Shown here piece after piece: positions 47,673 through 58,182 of a stretch of 64,000 nt of DNA. The notes beneath the pieces are model-generated. The model ran no database searches, was not told the DNA's origin, and worked only from the letters and a program-made list of their open reading frames with translations. Position 1 is the stretch's first letter. Every line of letters starts with the position of its first letter. Origin of the DNA: an uncultured Gemmatimonadaceae bacterium (GTDB lineage: Bacteria > Gemmatimonadota > Gemmatimonadetes > Gemmatimonadales > Gemmatimonadaceae); contig CAVXGK010000002.1 in the NCBI GenBank assembly GCA_963761305.1, positions 1,632,001-1,696,000 of the forward strand, read 5' to 3'. The translations under genes were made by a program, and so were the position numbers.

Positions 47673-48986
47673 ATGCGTTCGACCGCGGACGTCGTCATCT
47701 GCGGCGCCGGCATCGCCGGCGCGGCGGCGGCCTATCACATCGCTGTTCGGCGCGGCATCCGCAACGTGGTGATCGTGGACGAACGCGATCCGCTCACGCT
47801 CACCAGCGACAAGGGCACCCAAGCGTACCGCAACTGGTGGCCGGGCCCCGACGACACGATGCTGCGCCTCGTGTCGCGGAGCATCGACCTCCTCGAGGAG
47901 AGCTCGGCCGAGAGCGGGCACGCGTTCCGCATGAACCGGCGCGGCTATCTCTTCGCGACGGCGAACGCCGCCAAGCTCACGAAGATCGAGGAGACGGCGC
48001 GAGTCGTGTCGACGTTCGGCATGGGCGACGTGCGCCGCCATTCGAGCGTGGCGACCTACCGCGCCGCGCCGCCGGAAGGATTCGCCGACCAACCGACCGG
48101 CGCCGATCTCCTCGTCGGTGACGCGGCGCGTGCCGCGTTTCCCTATCTCGCCGACGACACCGTCGGCGCGCTACACGTGCGACGTGCCGGATGGCTGAAC
48201 GCCGTGGCGCTCGGCTCGTGGCTCCTGTCGCAGGCGATCGCGAACGGCGCGCGGTTCGTGCGCGAGCGCGTGACGCGCGTCGACACGACGGGCGGTCGCG
48301 TGCGCGAGGTGCATCTGGCCTCGGGCAACTCGATCGCCACCAACCGACTGGTGGTCGCCGCCGGCCCCGGACTTCCCGCGTTCGCCCGCTCGCTCGGCGT
48401 CGATCTCCCCGTGTTCAGCGAGCTGCACGCGAAGATGACGCTGCGCGACCCGCGCCGAGCCGTGGGACGCGACGCGCCGTTTCTCATCTGGGCGGATCCG
48501 GTGCATCTCGAGGGCGAAGCCCAAGAGCGCCCGGCCGGCGTGCACATCCGCCCCATTGATCTATCGCACGGCGATGAGCTTTATCTCATTTGGACGTTCG
48601 AAACCGAGCCGCGCGAATTCGCGTGGCCGCCGAGCTTCGATCCGTCGTACGGGGACGTGGTGCTGGCCGGCGCGGCGCGGATGGTGCCGGGACTCGCGCC
48701 ATACGTCGCGGAGCACACGAGCGGCTTCGTCGACGGTGGGTTCTACTGCAAGACGCCGGAGAACCGCCCGCTCATCGGGCCGCTGCCGATCGACGGCGCG
48801 TTCGTGCTCGGCGCGCTGTCGGGGATGGGCGTGATGTCCGCCCACGCGAGCGGCGAGCTGGTGTCGCTGCACGTGGCCGGGGAGTCGCTGCCCGACCACG
48901 CGAAATGGTTTCTGCCGGCGCGCTACGACGATCCGGCATATCGAAAGCTGGCCGACGAGTGGGGACCACTCGCCGGCCAGCTCTAG
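47673..48986 (+). CDS. FAD-dependent oxidoreductase (DAO / sarcosine oxidase beta-like)
   Basis: VVICGAGIAG, VVAAGP, YCKTPENRPLIG. Confidence 0.9.
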   Translation: MRSTADVVICGAGIAGAAAAYHIAVRRGIRNVVIVDERDPLTLTSDKGTQAYRNWWPGPDDTMLRLVSRSIDLLEESSAESGHAFRMNRRGYLFATANAAKLTKIEETARVVSTFGMGDVRRHSSVATYRAAPPEGFADQPTGADLLVGDAARAAFPYLADDTVGALHVRRAGWLNAVALGSWLLSQAIANGARFVRERVTRVDTTGGRVREVHLASGNSIATNRLVVAAGPGLPAFARSLGVDLPVFSELHAKMTLRDPRRAVGRDAPFLIWADPVHLEGEAQERPAGVHIRPIDLSHGDELYLIWTFETEPREFAWPPSFDPSYGDVVLAGAARMVPGLAPYVAEHTSGFVDGGFYCKTPENRPLIGPLPIDGAFVLGALSGMGVMSAHASGELVSLHVAGESLPDHAKWFLPARYDDPAYRKLADEWGPLAGQL

Positions 48987-49014
48987 CGACGTCGAAGCGG
49001 AAGGCGCCGAAGGA

Positions 49015-49539
49015 CTATTTCGCCTTTGCTTTGGGCGCCGGCGGCGCGGGCGGCGGCGCAGTGGTGATGTTGTCCATGTCGGCGATCGCCTTCCATGTCC
49101 CATCGTCGCCTTTGCGGAGTACGACGACGTAGCGCCCTTCCGCCTTGATCGTGTCTCCCTTCGGCTTCGGCGTCGCGACCCAGGCATACGTCCCGATGTC
49201 GTAACCGACATTCCCCGACGCTTCGGTCTTCACCGGCGTCAACGTGAAGCTCGTGAAGTTGAACTGGTCGAAGAACGCTTTGTACGAGGCAGCGAGGCCT
49301 GCCGGCCCGGTGCCCGTCGGCTGATTGTTCGGCTGCGTGAGGCCGTCACTCGTGTACAGCGCCGCGACTGCAGCTACATCGCCTGCCTTGAACGCGGCGG
49401 CGAAGGCGTCACGTAGTTTGCCGATCGCCTGCTGATCGGCGGCCGCAGTCGCAGAGTCGGGTTTGGCGGCACCGCTCGCCGGTGCGCAGGCGGCGACAGC
49501 GATGAGGGACAGAGCTGAGAGTACTGTGCGGCGTCGCAT
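49015..49539 (-). CDS. DUF4440 / NTF2-like lipoprotein
   Basis: VAAC lipobox; AFKAGD..VAALY, GRYVVVLRK..DGTWK. Confidence 0.88.
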   Translation of the reverse strand: MRRRTVLSALSLIAVAACAPASGAAKPDSATAAADQQAIGKLRDAFAAAFKAGDVAAVAALYTSDGLTQPNNQPTGTGPAGLAASYKAFFDQFNFTSFTLTPVKTEASGNVGYDIGTYAWVATPKPKGDTIKAEGRYVVVLRKGDDGTWKAIADMDNITTAPPPAPPAPKAKAK

Positions 49540-49661
49540 CGTCGTCTCCTATTTCAAGGGTTGACAGCCTTCACTAGCTGGAGACAGTGCACCGTCTCGG
49601 CTCCAACCTCAAGACTCCCCCCCCGCAGGTCGCGCTCCGCCCGGACGATTCTCGAGGACCG

Positions 49662-49839
49662 GCATCAACGGGGGGTACACGGACACAAACGGCTCAAACG
49701 GACACGAACTGATCAAGGCCAAACGAGGCCTCGTGTTCGGCGCTCGACCTTCTCGCCGTTTACGAAAGAGAATTTGGTGGTTCGACGTTCTCCGTTTGTG
49801 TCCGTTGAATCCGTCTGTGTCCGTGTTCCCCCGTTAATC
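49662..49839. repeat. MITE/REP-like element, copy 2 (inverted relative to 37722-37880)
   Basis: gcatcaacggggggtacacggacaca ... tgtgtccgtgttcccccgttaatc. Confidence 0.85.
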
Positions 49840-49864
49840 GCAGATCGCCAGGACCGGCTTCCCC

Positions 49865-52826
49865 TCACGAGGCGCGCGCCGGTGCTTCCTTCACGTTGAA
49901 TGTCTGCGTGTACGTCTGACCACCGACGGAGAGTCGCGCCGTGAAGGTGCCGGTGAGCGGGTTCGCTCCGCCTCCGCGCCCGCCACCACCGCGACCTCGT
50001 CCTCCACCGCCCGCAACCGGTGTCCATACGACGCGGTGAACGCCCGCCGTCGTCGCGAACTGCTCGGGTGCGGGACGCCAGAGCGCCGAGGTATTCGGAA
50101 TTCCGCCGCCCCCCCGTCCTCCACGTCCGCCGCCTCCGGCGACGGGTGCGGAATTCGAGAACGTCGCGACGACCGCGCCGCTCGCGTCGACCACTTCGAC
50201 CGACACCGGTCCGGATGCGTTGGCCTTGAGGTAGTAGTCGATCGCCGCGCCGACGGCGGGATTTGGCGCCTGCGGCTCGTCCTTCTGCAGCGGCGTGCCG
50301 TTGTCGCCGCCCTGCGGCAGGTAGATCACGTCCGCCGGCTTGAACAGATGCGCGTCGGCCGCGAGCACGGTGGCGTTGAGCTGCCGCAGCGGACTGATGT
50401 CGTCGATCACCCAGAATCCGCGGCCGTGCGTCGCGACGATGAGATCGTTGTCGTAGATCTCGAAATCGCGCACCGACGTCGCCGGCAGATTCATCTGCAA
50501 CGGCTGCCAATTGTCGCCGTCGTCGAGCGACACGAACGCGCCGCGCTCGGTGCCGGCGACGAGCAGCCCTCGCCGCTTCGGATCTTCCTTCACGACGTGC
50601 ACGTAGACGCCCGCCGGCAGGCCGTTGGTGATCTTCTGCCACGTCTTGCCCATGTCGCGCGTGCGGTAGATGTACGGCTCGAAGTCCTGCAGCTGGTGGC
50701 GATCCACGCTCGCGTACGCCGCGCTGGCGTCGAAGTGCGACGCGTCGATCATCGTCACGCGGCTCCACGGCGTGAGCGCGGCCGGCGTCACGTTCTGCCA
50801 GGTCTTGCCGTCGTCGGTCGTGACGTGAATCGAGCCCGTCGTCCGTGCCGACCCAAACCATCGGCGCGGGCAGCGGCGAGGGCGCGATCGTGTAGACGAC
50901 GCCGCGCTTGCCGTTGCGATCCACCTGCGCCGCGGCGGTCGCGTCGAGGCTTGCCGGAATGCCCGGGTCGGGACGCGTGAGATCGCCGCTGATCTGCGTC
51001 CAGGTCTGCGCGCCATCGGTCGTCTTGAAAACGAATTGGTTGGAGTAGTAGAGCGCCTTGCGGATCGGCCTTCGAGAACACGAGCGGCTGCGTCCAGTCG
51101 GTGCGGGCGCAGTCGGGCGTCCGCGGCGCCGTCGTGCCGGCCACGGCTGTGTTCGTCTCGAGATCGAACCGCTGGCCGGTGCCGCCGAAGACGATCCCCG
51201 GGTGCAGCGGGTCGCCCGCCGTCGTAGCCGCTCTCGCCGCCGGCGCCGATCGGCTCCCAGTCGCGCATCGAGATCTCGGCCGAACTTGCCGCGCGAGCGC
51301 ACGGCGACGGCGCCCGTGTCCTGCTGCGCGCCGGTCACCCAGTACGGCAACCGATAGTCGACCGAGCAGTGGTAGATCTGCGCCGTCGGCTGGTTGAGCC
51401 ACGAGCTCCACGTGACGTCGCGCGGATCGTCGGTGTTCGCGTTGCGCGTGATGATCGTGCCCTGGTCGCTCGCCACGATCATCGTGTTCGAGTCGTCGGG
51501 CGAGACCCACGCCTGATGGTAGTCGTCGCCGCCCGGCGACCCGCGCAGCGCAACCCACGTCTTGCCGCCGTCCTTGGATCGCGAAACCGCGACATTCGGC
51601 ACATAGACGATGTCGGCGTTCTTCGGATCGACGACGACGTGCTCGAAATACCAGCCGCGTCCCCAGAGCGCGGGATCGCTCGACAGCTTGGTCCACGTCG
51701 CGCCCGCGTCGTCGGAGCGGAAGAATCCGCCCTGCCCCGGCGCCGCCGGCGCCTGCGCACACGCCGGATTGCCGCCGCCGCGTCCCCCGCCGCCGCCGCC
51801 GCCAGCGGCGGGTGCCGGCGCGTTCGGATCCGGCACGAGGCAATCGACCACCGCATACACGCGCCGCGGATTGCTGGGCGCTATCGCGATACCTGTCTTG
51901 CCGATTCCCTCTTTGGGCAGGCCGTTCGTGAGCTGCTTCCACGTCGTGCCGCCGTCGGTCGACTTGAAGATGCCGCCGCCCGGGCCGTTCGTCGGCGAGT
52001 ACGTGTACCACGGCGGACGTCGCGTATTCCAGAGTCCCGCGTACACGATCTCCGGATTCGCCGGATCGATCACCACCTCGACCGCGCCGATGTTCTCGTC
52101 CTTGTAGAGCACCTTCTTCCACGTCTTGCCGCCATCGATCGTCTTGAAGACGCCGCGCTCGGGACTCGCCGCATACAGATGCCCGATCGCCGCCACGAAC
52201 ACGATGTTCGGATTCTTCGGGTCCACCGCGACTCGGCCGATGTGCTGCGTGTCGTCGAGCCCGATGTGCGTCCATGTCTTGCCGGCGTCGGTCGACTTGT
52301 ACACGCCATTGCCGAAGCCCGTCGAGTCGCGTAGCGTGGACTCGCCGGTGCCGACGTAGACCGTGTCAGGCGCCGACGGCGCGACGGCGATCGCGCCGAT
52401 GGACGCGACGGGCTGCGAATCGAACACCGGCTCCCAGACGCGGCCCGCATCGACGGTCTTCCAGACGCCGCCGTTGACCGCGCCGAAGTAGAACTCGTTC
52501 GGTCGGCCGTGCACTCCGCAGACGGCGTCCGTGCGTCCGCCGCGGAAGGGGCCGAGCATGCGCCATTCGAGTCCCGACGCCAGCGCGGCAGTTTGCTGCG
52601 CGGCGGTCGGCGCCGCGAACGACGATGCTGGTGTCGCTGCGCGTTCGAGTGTGCCGAGCGAACGCGTGAGGCGAGGCGTCGCGTACATCAGCAAGCCGAG
52701 TCGGCCGGCTTCGACGATGAAGTCGCGACGTGAAAACGCGGACCCTTCTGGCGGTGAATCGCCGGAAGGATCCGCGTTCGGGTGGGAGTGGGTTCGAACG
52801 ATTGTGTCAGGCCGTTGGGTCGTCAC
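49865..52826 (-). pseudogene. BNR/sortilin-repeat glycosyl hydrolase-like protein with four 1-nt frameshifts
   Basis: Tat motif SRRDFI, WRMLGPFRGGR, many S/TxDxGxTW Asp-boxes, ATHGRGFW; apparent extra bases near 51281, 51223, 51060, 50831. Confidence 0.85.
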
Positions 52827-52889
52827 CGCGGTTCCCCTGTAGTGTCACAGACACTCAGGTAACCGCGGTGTGCCGCGGCCGTCAAGCCA

Positions 52890-53462
52890 CTATTGAACCT
52901 TGAACATCAGGCCGATGTTGAGCGCCGCACCGCCGGCACCCGCGTCGGCGTAAACGGCCATCTTCGGCGCAAAGAAGTACCGAGCGCCGACCCGGCCGAT
53001 GAAATAGAGGCTGCTGCTGTAGCCGCAGCCGAAGTTGCCGAACGCCCCGGAATAGCTGCACGACACCAGGTTGTAGCCAAGGCCCGCGCCGATGAAGGGA
53101 TCGATCTTGGGCTCGTCGAGCTTGAAGTGGTAGTTCACCGTGACGCCGATCGGGATGTATTTGACGCTGTACGAGAAGCTGGTGTTGTCGGTCGACCACG
53201 AGTAATAGTCGAACGCCGCCTGAATGCCGAGCGTTCCATTGCCGAGATCAGGCAGTTGCTTGATTGCGTGCTCGAATCGGCCGCCGAACGACGCGCTCGC
53301 GGAGCCGATTCCGCCTATGCCGACGACCGGACCGATATCCGTGTACCCCATCGAGAAGTTGGACGCGCCCTTGCCTTGGGCCGCGGCGGGAACTGCTGCC
53401 ATTGCGAGGCACGCGGCCGCAAGGGCCAACGTCGAGCCATGCCGAGCTGCCATACGTCGCAT
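52890..53462 (-). CDS. Outer-membrane beta-barrel protein
   Basis: Signal peptide, IPIGVTVNYHF, DPFIGAGLGY, GARYFF, terminal IGLMFK. Confidence 0.85.
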   Translation of the reverse strand: MRRMAARHGSTLALAAACLAMAAVPAAAQGKGASNFSMGYTDIGPVVGIGGIGSASASFGGRFEHAIKQLPDLGNGTLGIQAAFDYYSWSTDNTSFSYSVKYIPIGVTVNYHFKLDEPKIDPFIGAGLGYNLVSCSYSGAFGNFGCGYSSSLYFIGRVGARYFFAPKMAVYADAGAGGAALNIGLMFKVQ

Positions 53463-53480
53463 GAGAGTCTCCTACGAGTG

Positions 53481-53530
53481 AGGGACGGGAAGGACGGGAG
53501 GGACGGGAAACAGGGAGAGCGGGGAGAGAA
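53481..53530 (+). repeat. Purine-rich 9-bp tandem repeat in a divergent intergenic region
   Basis: agggacggg aaggacggg agggacggg then decayed units. Confidence 0.6.
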
Positions 53531-53696
53531 GCGCAGACCGCGAGAAAGGGGAGACGTGCAAGTCCTGGTCCGGGCGAAGATATACGAAATTGTCAAAGTA
53601 GACCAGAGGACCTCGAAATCACCCCTTGACGGAGCACGAGCCGCCCTTCCCATTGCGCAGGAAGTCCTCCCGAACCGTCACGATCCAGGGAGCAGC

Positions 53697-54266
53697 TTGA
53701 CTCACGGGCCCGACGCGGGGAACGCCGGTGCGGCCGGATTCGACGACGCGCGCGCGCTCGACGACCTGTTCAGCGCCACCTACGAGGAGTTGCGCCGCCT
53801 GGCCACCGCCGTCCGGCGCAACGATCCGAACGCCACGCTGAGCCCCACCGCGCTGGTGAACGAGGCGTGGCTCAAGCTGCGCGAATCCCCGGGCGTGGCG
53901 CGCACCTCGCGCCTCCATTTCAGGCGCATCGCCGCGCGCGCCATGCGTCAGGTTCTGATCGAGGCGGCACGACGACGGCGCTCCACGAAGCGCGGCGGCG
54001 GTGCGGTCGTCGTCACGTTCGACGACGCGCTGCAGGTGGCGGCGTCGACCGCCGACGACCTCGTCGCCCTCGACGACGCGCTCAACGACCTCGCCCGCCT
54101 CGAGCCACGACAGGCGATGCTCGTCGAGAGCCGCTTCTTCGGCGGCATGGACGTAGCCGAAACGGCGCAACTTCTCGACATCTCCGAGTCCACTGCGTTA
54201 CGAGATTGGCGCGCCGCCAAAGCGTGGCTCGCGCGAGAATTACGTAACGCCAACCCGGGCGCGTAA
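53697..54266 (+). CDS. ECF sigma factor, kinase-associated type
   Basis: YEELRRLA, LSPTALVNEAWLKL, AARAMRQVL, KRGGG, RFFGG, RDWRAAKAWL; TTG start assumed. Confidence 0.92.
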   Translation: MTHGPDAGNAGAAGFDDARALDDLFSATYEELRRLATAVRRNDPNATLSPTALVNEAWLKLRESPGVARTSRLHFRRIAARAMRQVLIEAARRRRSTKRGGGAVVVTFDDALQVAASTADDLVALDDALNDLARLEPRQAMLVESRFFGGMDVAETAQLLDISESTALRDWRAAKAWLARELRNANPGA

Positions 54267-56935
54267 TGACGATGGACCCGGCTCGCTGGACGCGCGTGCA
54301 GTCGCTCTTCCATGCCGCGGCAGAGTTGCCGCCGGCCGATCAGCGCGCGTTCCTCGAGTCGGAGTGCACCGACGATCGATCCCTCGTCGAGGACGCGCTC
54401 GCACTGCTCGCCGAAGATGCGCGCGGCGATTCCCTGCTCGACCGGGGCGTCGGCGCGGCGGCGAACTCAGTACTCGGCCGCGCGGGCGACTCCGGCATCG
54501 TCGGCGAACAGCTCGGCCCCTACCGCATCACTCGCATCCTCGGCGAAGGCGGAATGGGGGTCGTCTATCACGCGACGCGCGACGACCTCGGCACCGTGGC
54601 CGCCGTGAAGATTCTGCGCGACGCGTGGCTCTCGCCGGCGCGGCGCGAACGATTCGCCAGCGAACAGCGGACACTCGCCCAGCTCAACCATCCGTTCATC
54701 GCCCGCCTCTACGACGCGGGCTCCCTCGGCGACGGCACGCCGTGGTTCGTGATGGAGTACGTCGAGGGCACGCCGCTCACCGAGTACTGTCGCGCGCACG
54801 CGACGTCGGTCGTCGGCCGCGTTCGACTCTTCCGCGACGTATGCGAGGCCGTGCAGCACGCACACCGGCTCCTCGTCGTACACCGCGACCTCAAGCCGTC
54901 GAACATTCTCGTCGGCAACGACGGCATCGTGAAGCTGCTCGACTTCGGCATCGCCAAGCAGCTCGACGGGCTCGAGACGCGCAAGGATCGCACGCGGACC
55001 GGCCTCCGCATGTTGACGCCCGCGTACGCGGCGCCCGAGCAGATTCGCGGCGGACGCATCGGCACCTACACCGACGTTTACGCACTCGGCGTCATCCTCT
55101 ACGAGCTGCTCGCCGGACGGTTGCCATTCGAGGCGAGCGACAACGCCGACGAGCTTTCGGCCGCGCTCTCGGAGCGCGAAGCGGAACGCCCGTCAGTCGC
55201 CGCCCGGACGTATCCGGCGGCGGCAAAGGGCGACCCGCACGGCCAACCCCTGCGCCCATCGGAATGGGCGGATCTCGACGTGTTGTGTCTCACCGCGATG
55301 CACCACGATCCGCAGCGGCGATACGCGACGGTGGATGCGCTCATGCGCGACGTCGATCACTTTCTCAACGGCGAGCCCTTGGAGGCGCGACCGGATTCGG
55401 TCGGCTATCGCCTGGGCAAATTCGTTCGACGCAACCGCGAAGCGGTCGTCGCGGCGACCGTCGCGATCGCGTTCGTCGTGGGTCTCGTGGCGTTCTACAC
55501 GGTGCGACTGGCCCGCGCACGTAACGACGCAGTCGCCGAAGCGGCGCGCGCCCAGCGCATCCAACGGTTCACCCTCGACCTCTTTCAGGGCGGCGACAAA
55601 GCCGCCGGTCCGGCGGACAGTCTGCACGTCGTCACCCTGCTCGACCGCGGCCTCACGCAAGCGCGCACGCTCGACGCCGATCCGGCGGTGCAGGCGGAGC
55701 TCTACGTCACGCTCGCCGGCATCTATCAGCATTTAGGCAAACTTTCGCGCGCCGACTCGCTGCTGCGCCTCTCCCTCGACCGGCGTCGCGCGCTCTTCGG
55801 GCCGAGTCATCCCGACGTCGCGGCATCGCTGGTCGCGCTGGGCGACCTGCGCATTGATCAGGCGCAGCTCGAGGACGCCGAGCGATTGATTCGCCAAGGC
55901 GCGACGATGGCCGAGGCGAGTCTCCCACCGAACGACCCGGCCGTCGTGCACTCGCTCGCCGAATTGGGGCGCGTGCTCGAGGAGCGCGGGTCGTACGACA
56001 AGGCGATTCCGATCATGCAGGACGTCGTGCGGCGCGACAGCGCGGCCGGCGCGGCGCCGGTCGATCTCGCCGCGAATCTGAGCACGCTCGCTGACATCAA
56101 CTTCTACGCCGGCCACTACGACGTCTCCGATTCACTGAACCGGCAGGTGCTCGGCATCTACCACCAGGTGTATGGCAGCCGCCATCCGCAAGTCGCCGAG
56201 ATCCTCGTCAACCTCGGCGCGTCGCAACAGGAGCGGGGCAACTACAAGGACGCCGAGCGACTCGATCGCGACGCGCTGGCGATGACGCGCTCGTTTTATG
56301 GCGACAGCAATCCCGCCACCGCACTCGACCTCACGATGCTCGGCCGCGCGCTCGAGTTTGAAAAGCGATTCGATGAAGCGGACACGGTGCTCCGGCAGGC
56401 GCTGACGATCCGCGAGCGCGTCTACGGTCCCGTGCATCCGTCGGTGGCGTCCGTGCTCAACGAGCTGGGTAACATCGCCTACCAGCGCGACCGGGATGAC
56501 GACGCGATCGCCTACTACACGCGAATCCTCGACATCTATCGCAAGATCTACGACGACAAGCACTACCTGATCGCTCTGGCGATCTCGAACCTCGCGACGG
56601 CGATCGCCGACAAGAAGGACTATCCCCGTGCCGAGCAACTCTATCGAGAGGCGGTGCGGCGCTACACCGAAGCGCAGGGGCCGACCCACACCAACACCGG
56701 CATCGCCCACGTGAAACTCGGCCACGTACTTTTGCGCGAGCGCCGATTCGCCGAGGCGCAGGTGGAAACTCAGACGGGCTACGACATCCTCGTGAAGCAG
56801 ACGAGCCCGGGGCTGACCTTCATGAAGAGCGCGCGCAAGGATTTGGTCGCCGAGTGGGACACCCTCGGCAAACCGCAGCTCGCCGAGCGGTACCGCGCCG
56901 AGTTGGCTGCTGCAGAAAAGGCGGCCGCGAAGTAG
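54266..56935 (+). CDS. Ser/Thr kinase with TM and TPR repeats
   Basis: GEGGMGVVY, HRDLKPSN, DFG, TPAYAAPE; C-terminal TPR repeats; TAATG overlap with the sigma factor. Confidence 0.95.
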   Translation: MTMDPARWTRVQSLFHAAAELPPADQRAFLESECTDDRSLVEDALALLAEDARGDSLLDRGVGAAANSVLGRAGDSGIVGEQLGPYRITRILGEGGMGVVYHATRDDLGTVAAVKILRDAWLSPARRERFASEQRTLAQLNHPFIARLYDAGSLGDGTPWFVMEYVEGTPLTEYCRAHATSVVGRVRLFRDVCEAVQHAHRLLVVHRDLKPSNILVGNDGIVKLLDFGIAKQLDGLETRKDRTRTGLRMLTPAYAAPEQIRGGRIGTYTDVYALGVILYELLAGRLPFEASDNADELSAALSEREAERPSVAARTYPAAAKGDPHGQPLRPSEWADLDVLCLTAMHHDPQRRYATVDALMRDVDHFLNGEPLEARPDSVGYRLGKFVRRNREAVVAATVAIAFVVGLVAFYTVRLARARNDAVAEAARAQRIQRFTLDLFQGGDKAAGPADSLHVVTLLDRGLTQARTLDADPAVQAELYVTLAGIYQHLGKLSRADSLLRLSLDRRRALFGPSHPDVAASLVALGDLRIDQAQLEDAERLIRQGATMAEASLPPNDPAVVHSLAELGRVLEERGSYDKAIPIMQDVVRRDSAAGAAPVDLAANLSTLADINFYAGHYDVSDSLNRQVLGIYHQVYGSRHPQVAEILVNLGASQQERGNYKDAERLDRDALAMTRSFYGDSNPATALDLTMLGRALEFEKRFDEADTVLRQALTIRERVYGPVHPSVASVLNELGNIAYQRDRDDDAIAYYTRILDIYRKIYDDKHYLIALAISNLATAIADKKDYPRAEQLYREAVRRYTEAQGPTHTNTGIAHVKLGHVLLRERRFAEAQVETQTGYDILVKQTSPGLTFMKSARKDLVAEWDTLGKPQLAERYRAELAAAEKAAAK

Positions 56936-56947
56936 AGCTCTCGCGTC

Positions 56948-57424
56948 TCACTTCGACAGCGCGAAGTTCGTGTACTCCGCCTCCTCCGTCACTTCGCGTT
57001 CCACGAACGACGCCAGCCACTCCGGCACCACGACTCGTTGTTCGACGCTCGTCAGCTCCACCTCCGCCACCCACAGCCCGTCTCGATCGAGAAACTCGTC
57101 GATCTCCCACGTCACGTCGCCCTCGGGCACACGGTATCGACGCTTCTCGATCCGATGTCCGCGCGTGAGCGGCCACACGGTCGTGAAGAACCGCTCGTCC
57201 GTCTCGTCTTCGATCTCCAACCGCTCGATCCCCGCGCCCGACTTGATGGTCCGATAGTACCTCGTCCCCGACCCGTCGTCGCTCACCGACCGCCTCACAC
57301 GCTCGGTAATGTGCGTACCAGGTAGATACCCCTGGTGGATATGAACCGACGCCGCGGTTTGCACGCGCGGCGGAAGCCCAGTGAGCAGATATTTCCTCTC
57401 GATCTCGCTGTTGCGGTTCGACAC
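56948..57424 (-). CDS. CYTH-domain protein
   Basis: EIERKYL, IHQGYL, RVR, IEKRRY, WEIDEF, VAEVEL, YTN; start uncertain. Confidence 0.9.
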   Translation of the reverse strand: MSNRNSEIERKYLLTGLPPRVQTAASVHIHQGYLPGTHITERVRRSVSDDGSGTRYYRTIKSGAGIERLEIEDETDERFFTTVWPLTRGHRIEKRRYRVPEGDVTWEIDEFLDRDGLWVAEVELTSVEQRVVVPEWLASFVEREVTEEAEYTNFALSK

Positions 57425-57576
57425 CTTGGATTGTACATCGAACCGTTGCTCGATCGCCAACAACGTTCCAGCTCTCATCGCCACTCTCAAGAGTTGCAGT
57501 TTCCGCGTAATCCGTTCCTTCCGCGAAATCGTTGCAGTACCAGCTGTTGCCGTTTTCCCCCGCCATCTCTTCCTCA

Positions 57577-58182
57577 ATGCTCCAAGAACTCCTCCAGCCA
57601 GGCATTCCGATCGCCGAGAAGCTCCTCCGCACGCTCGCCGTGTACGTATTCCTGCTCATCGGACTCCGACTCGCCGGCAAACGGGAGCTGTCGCAGATCA
57701 ATCCCTTCGACCTCGTCGTGCTGCTCCTCCTGTCGAACACGGTGCAGAACGCGATCATCGGGAACGACAATTCGCTCTCGGGCGGCATCATCGGGGCGGC
57801 GGCGCTGCTCCTGATCAATTCGATCGTCGTCCGTCTCCTCTACCACTACGGAGAGCTGGACAAGGTCGAGGGGAAGCCGGACGACCTGATCCGCAACGGA
57901 CGACTCCTGCGGCATCACCTCGAGCGCGAGCTCATCACCGTCGCCGAGTTGGAGGCTGCGGCTCGGCGGCAAGGGATCGAGACGCTCGCCCACGTGCAGT
58001 CGTGCCGATTGGAGACCGGCGGGGCGCTGACCTTCGTTCAACGGCATCCGACTGACGACGAATCACGCCACCACGAGACGCTGGGCATGCTCGCCCAGCT
58101 CGAGGCGCGTCAGCGCGCGATGGTCGAGCAGCTCGCCGCGTTGGAGCGGAAGATCGCGGGCACCACGGGCACCACGCCCTGA
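57577..58182 (+). CDS. DUF421 / YetF family membrane protein
   Basis: RLAGKRELSQINPFDLV, EGKP..LIRNG, LETGG. Confidence 0.9.
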   Translation: MLQELLQPGIPIAEKLLRTLAVYVFLLIGLRLAGKRELSQINPFDLVVLLLLSNTVQNAIIGNDNSLSGGIIGAAALLLINSIVVRLLYHYGELDKVEGKPDDLIRNGRLLRHHLERELITVAELEAAARRQGIETLAHVQSCRLETGGALTFVQRHPTDDESRHHETLGMLAQLEARQRAMVEQLAALERKIAGTTGTTP

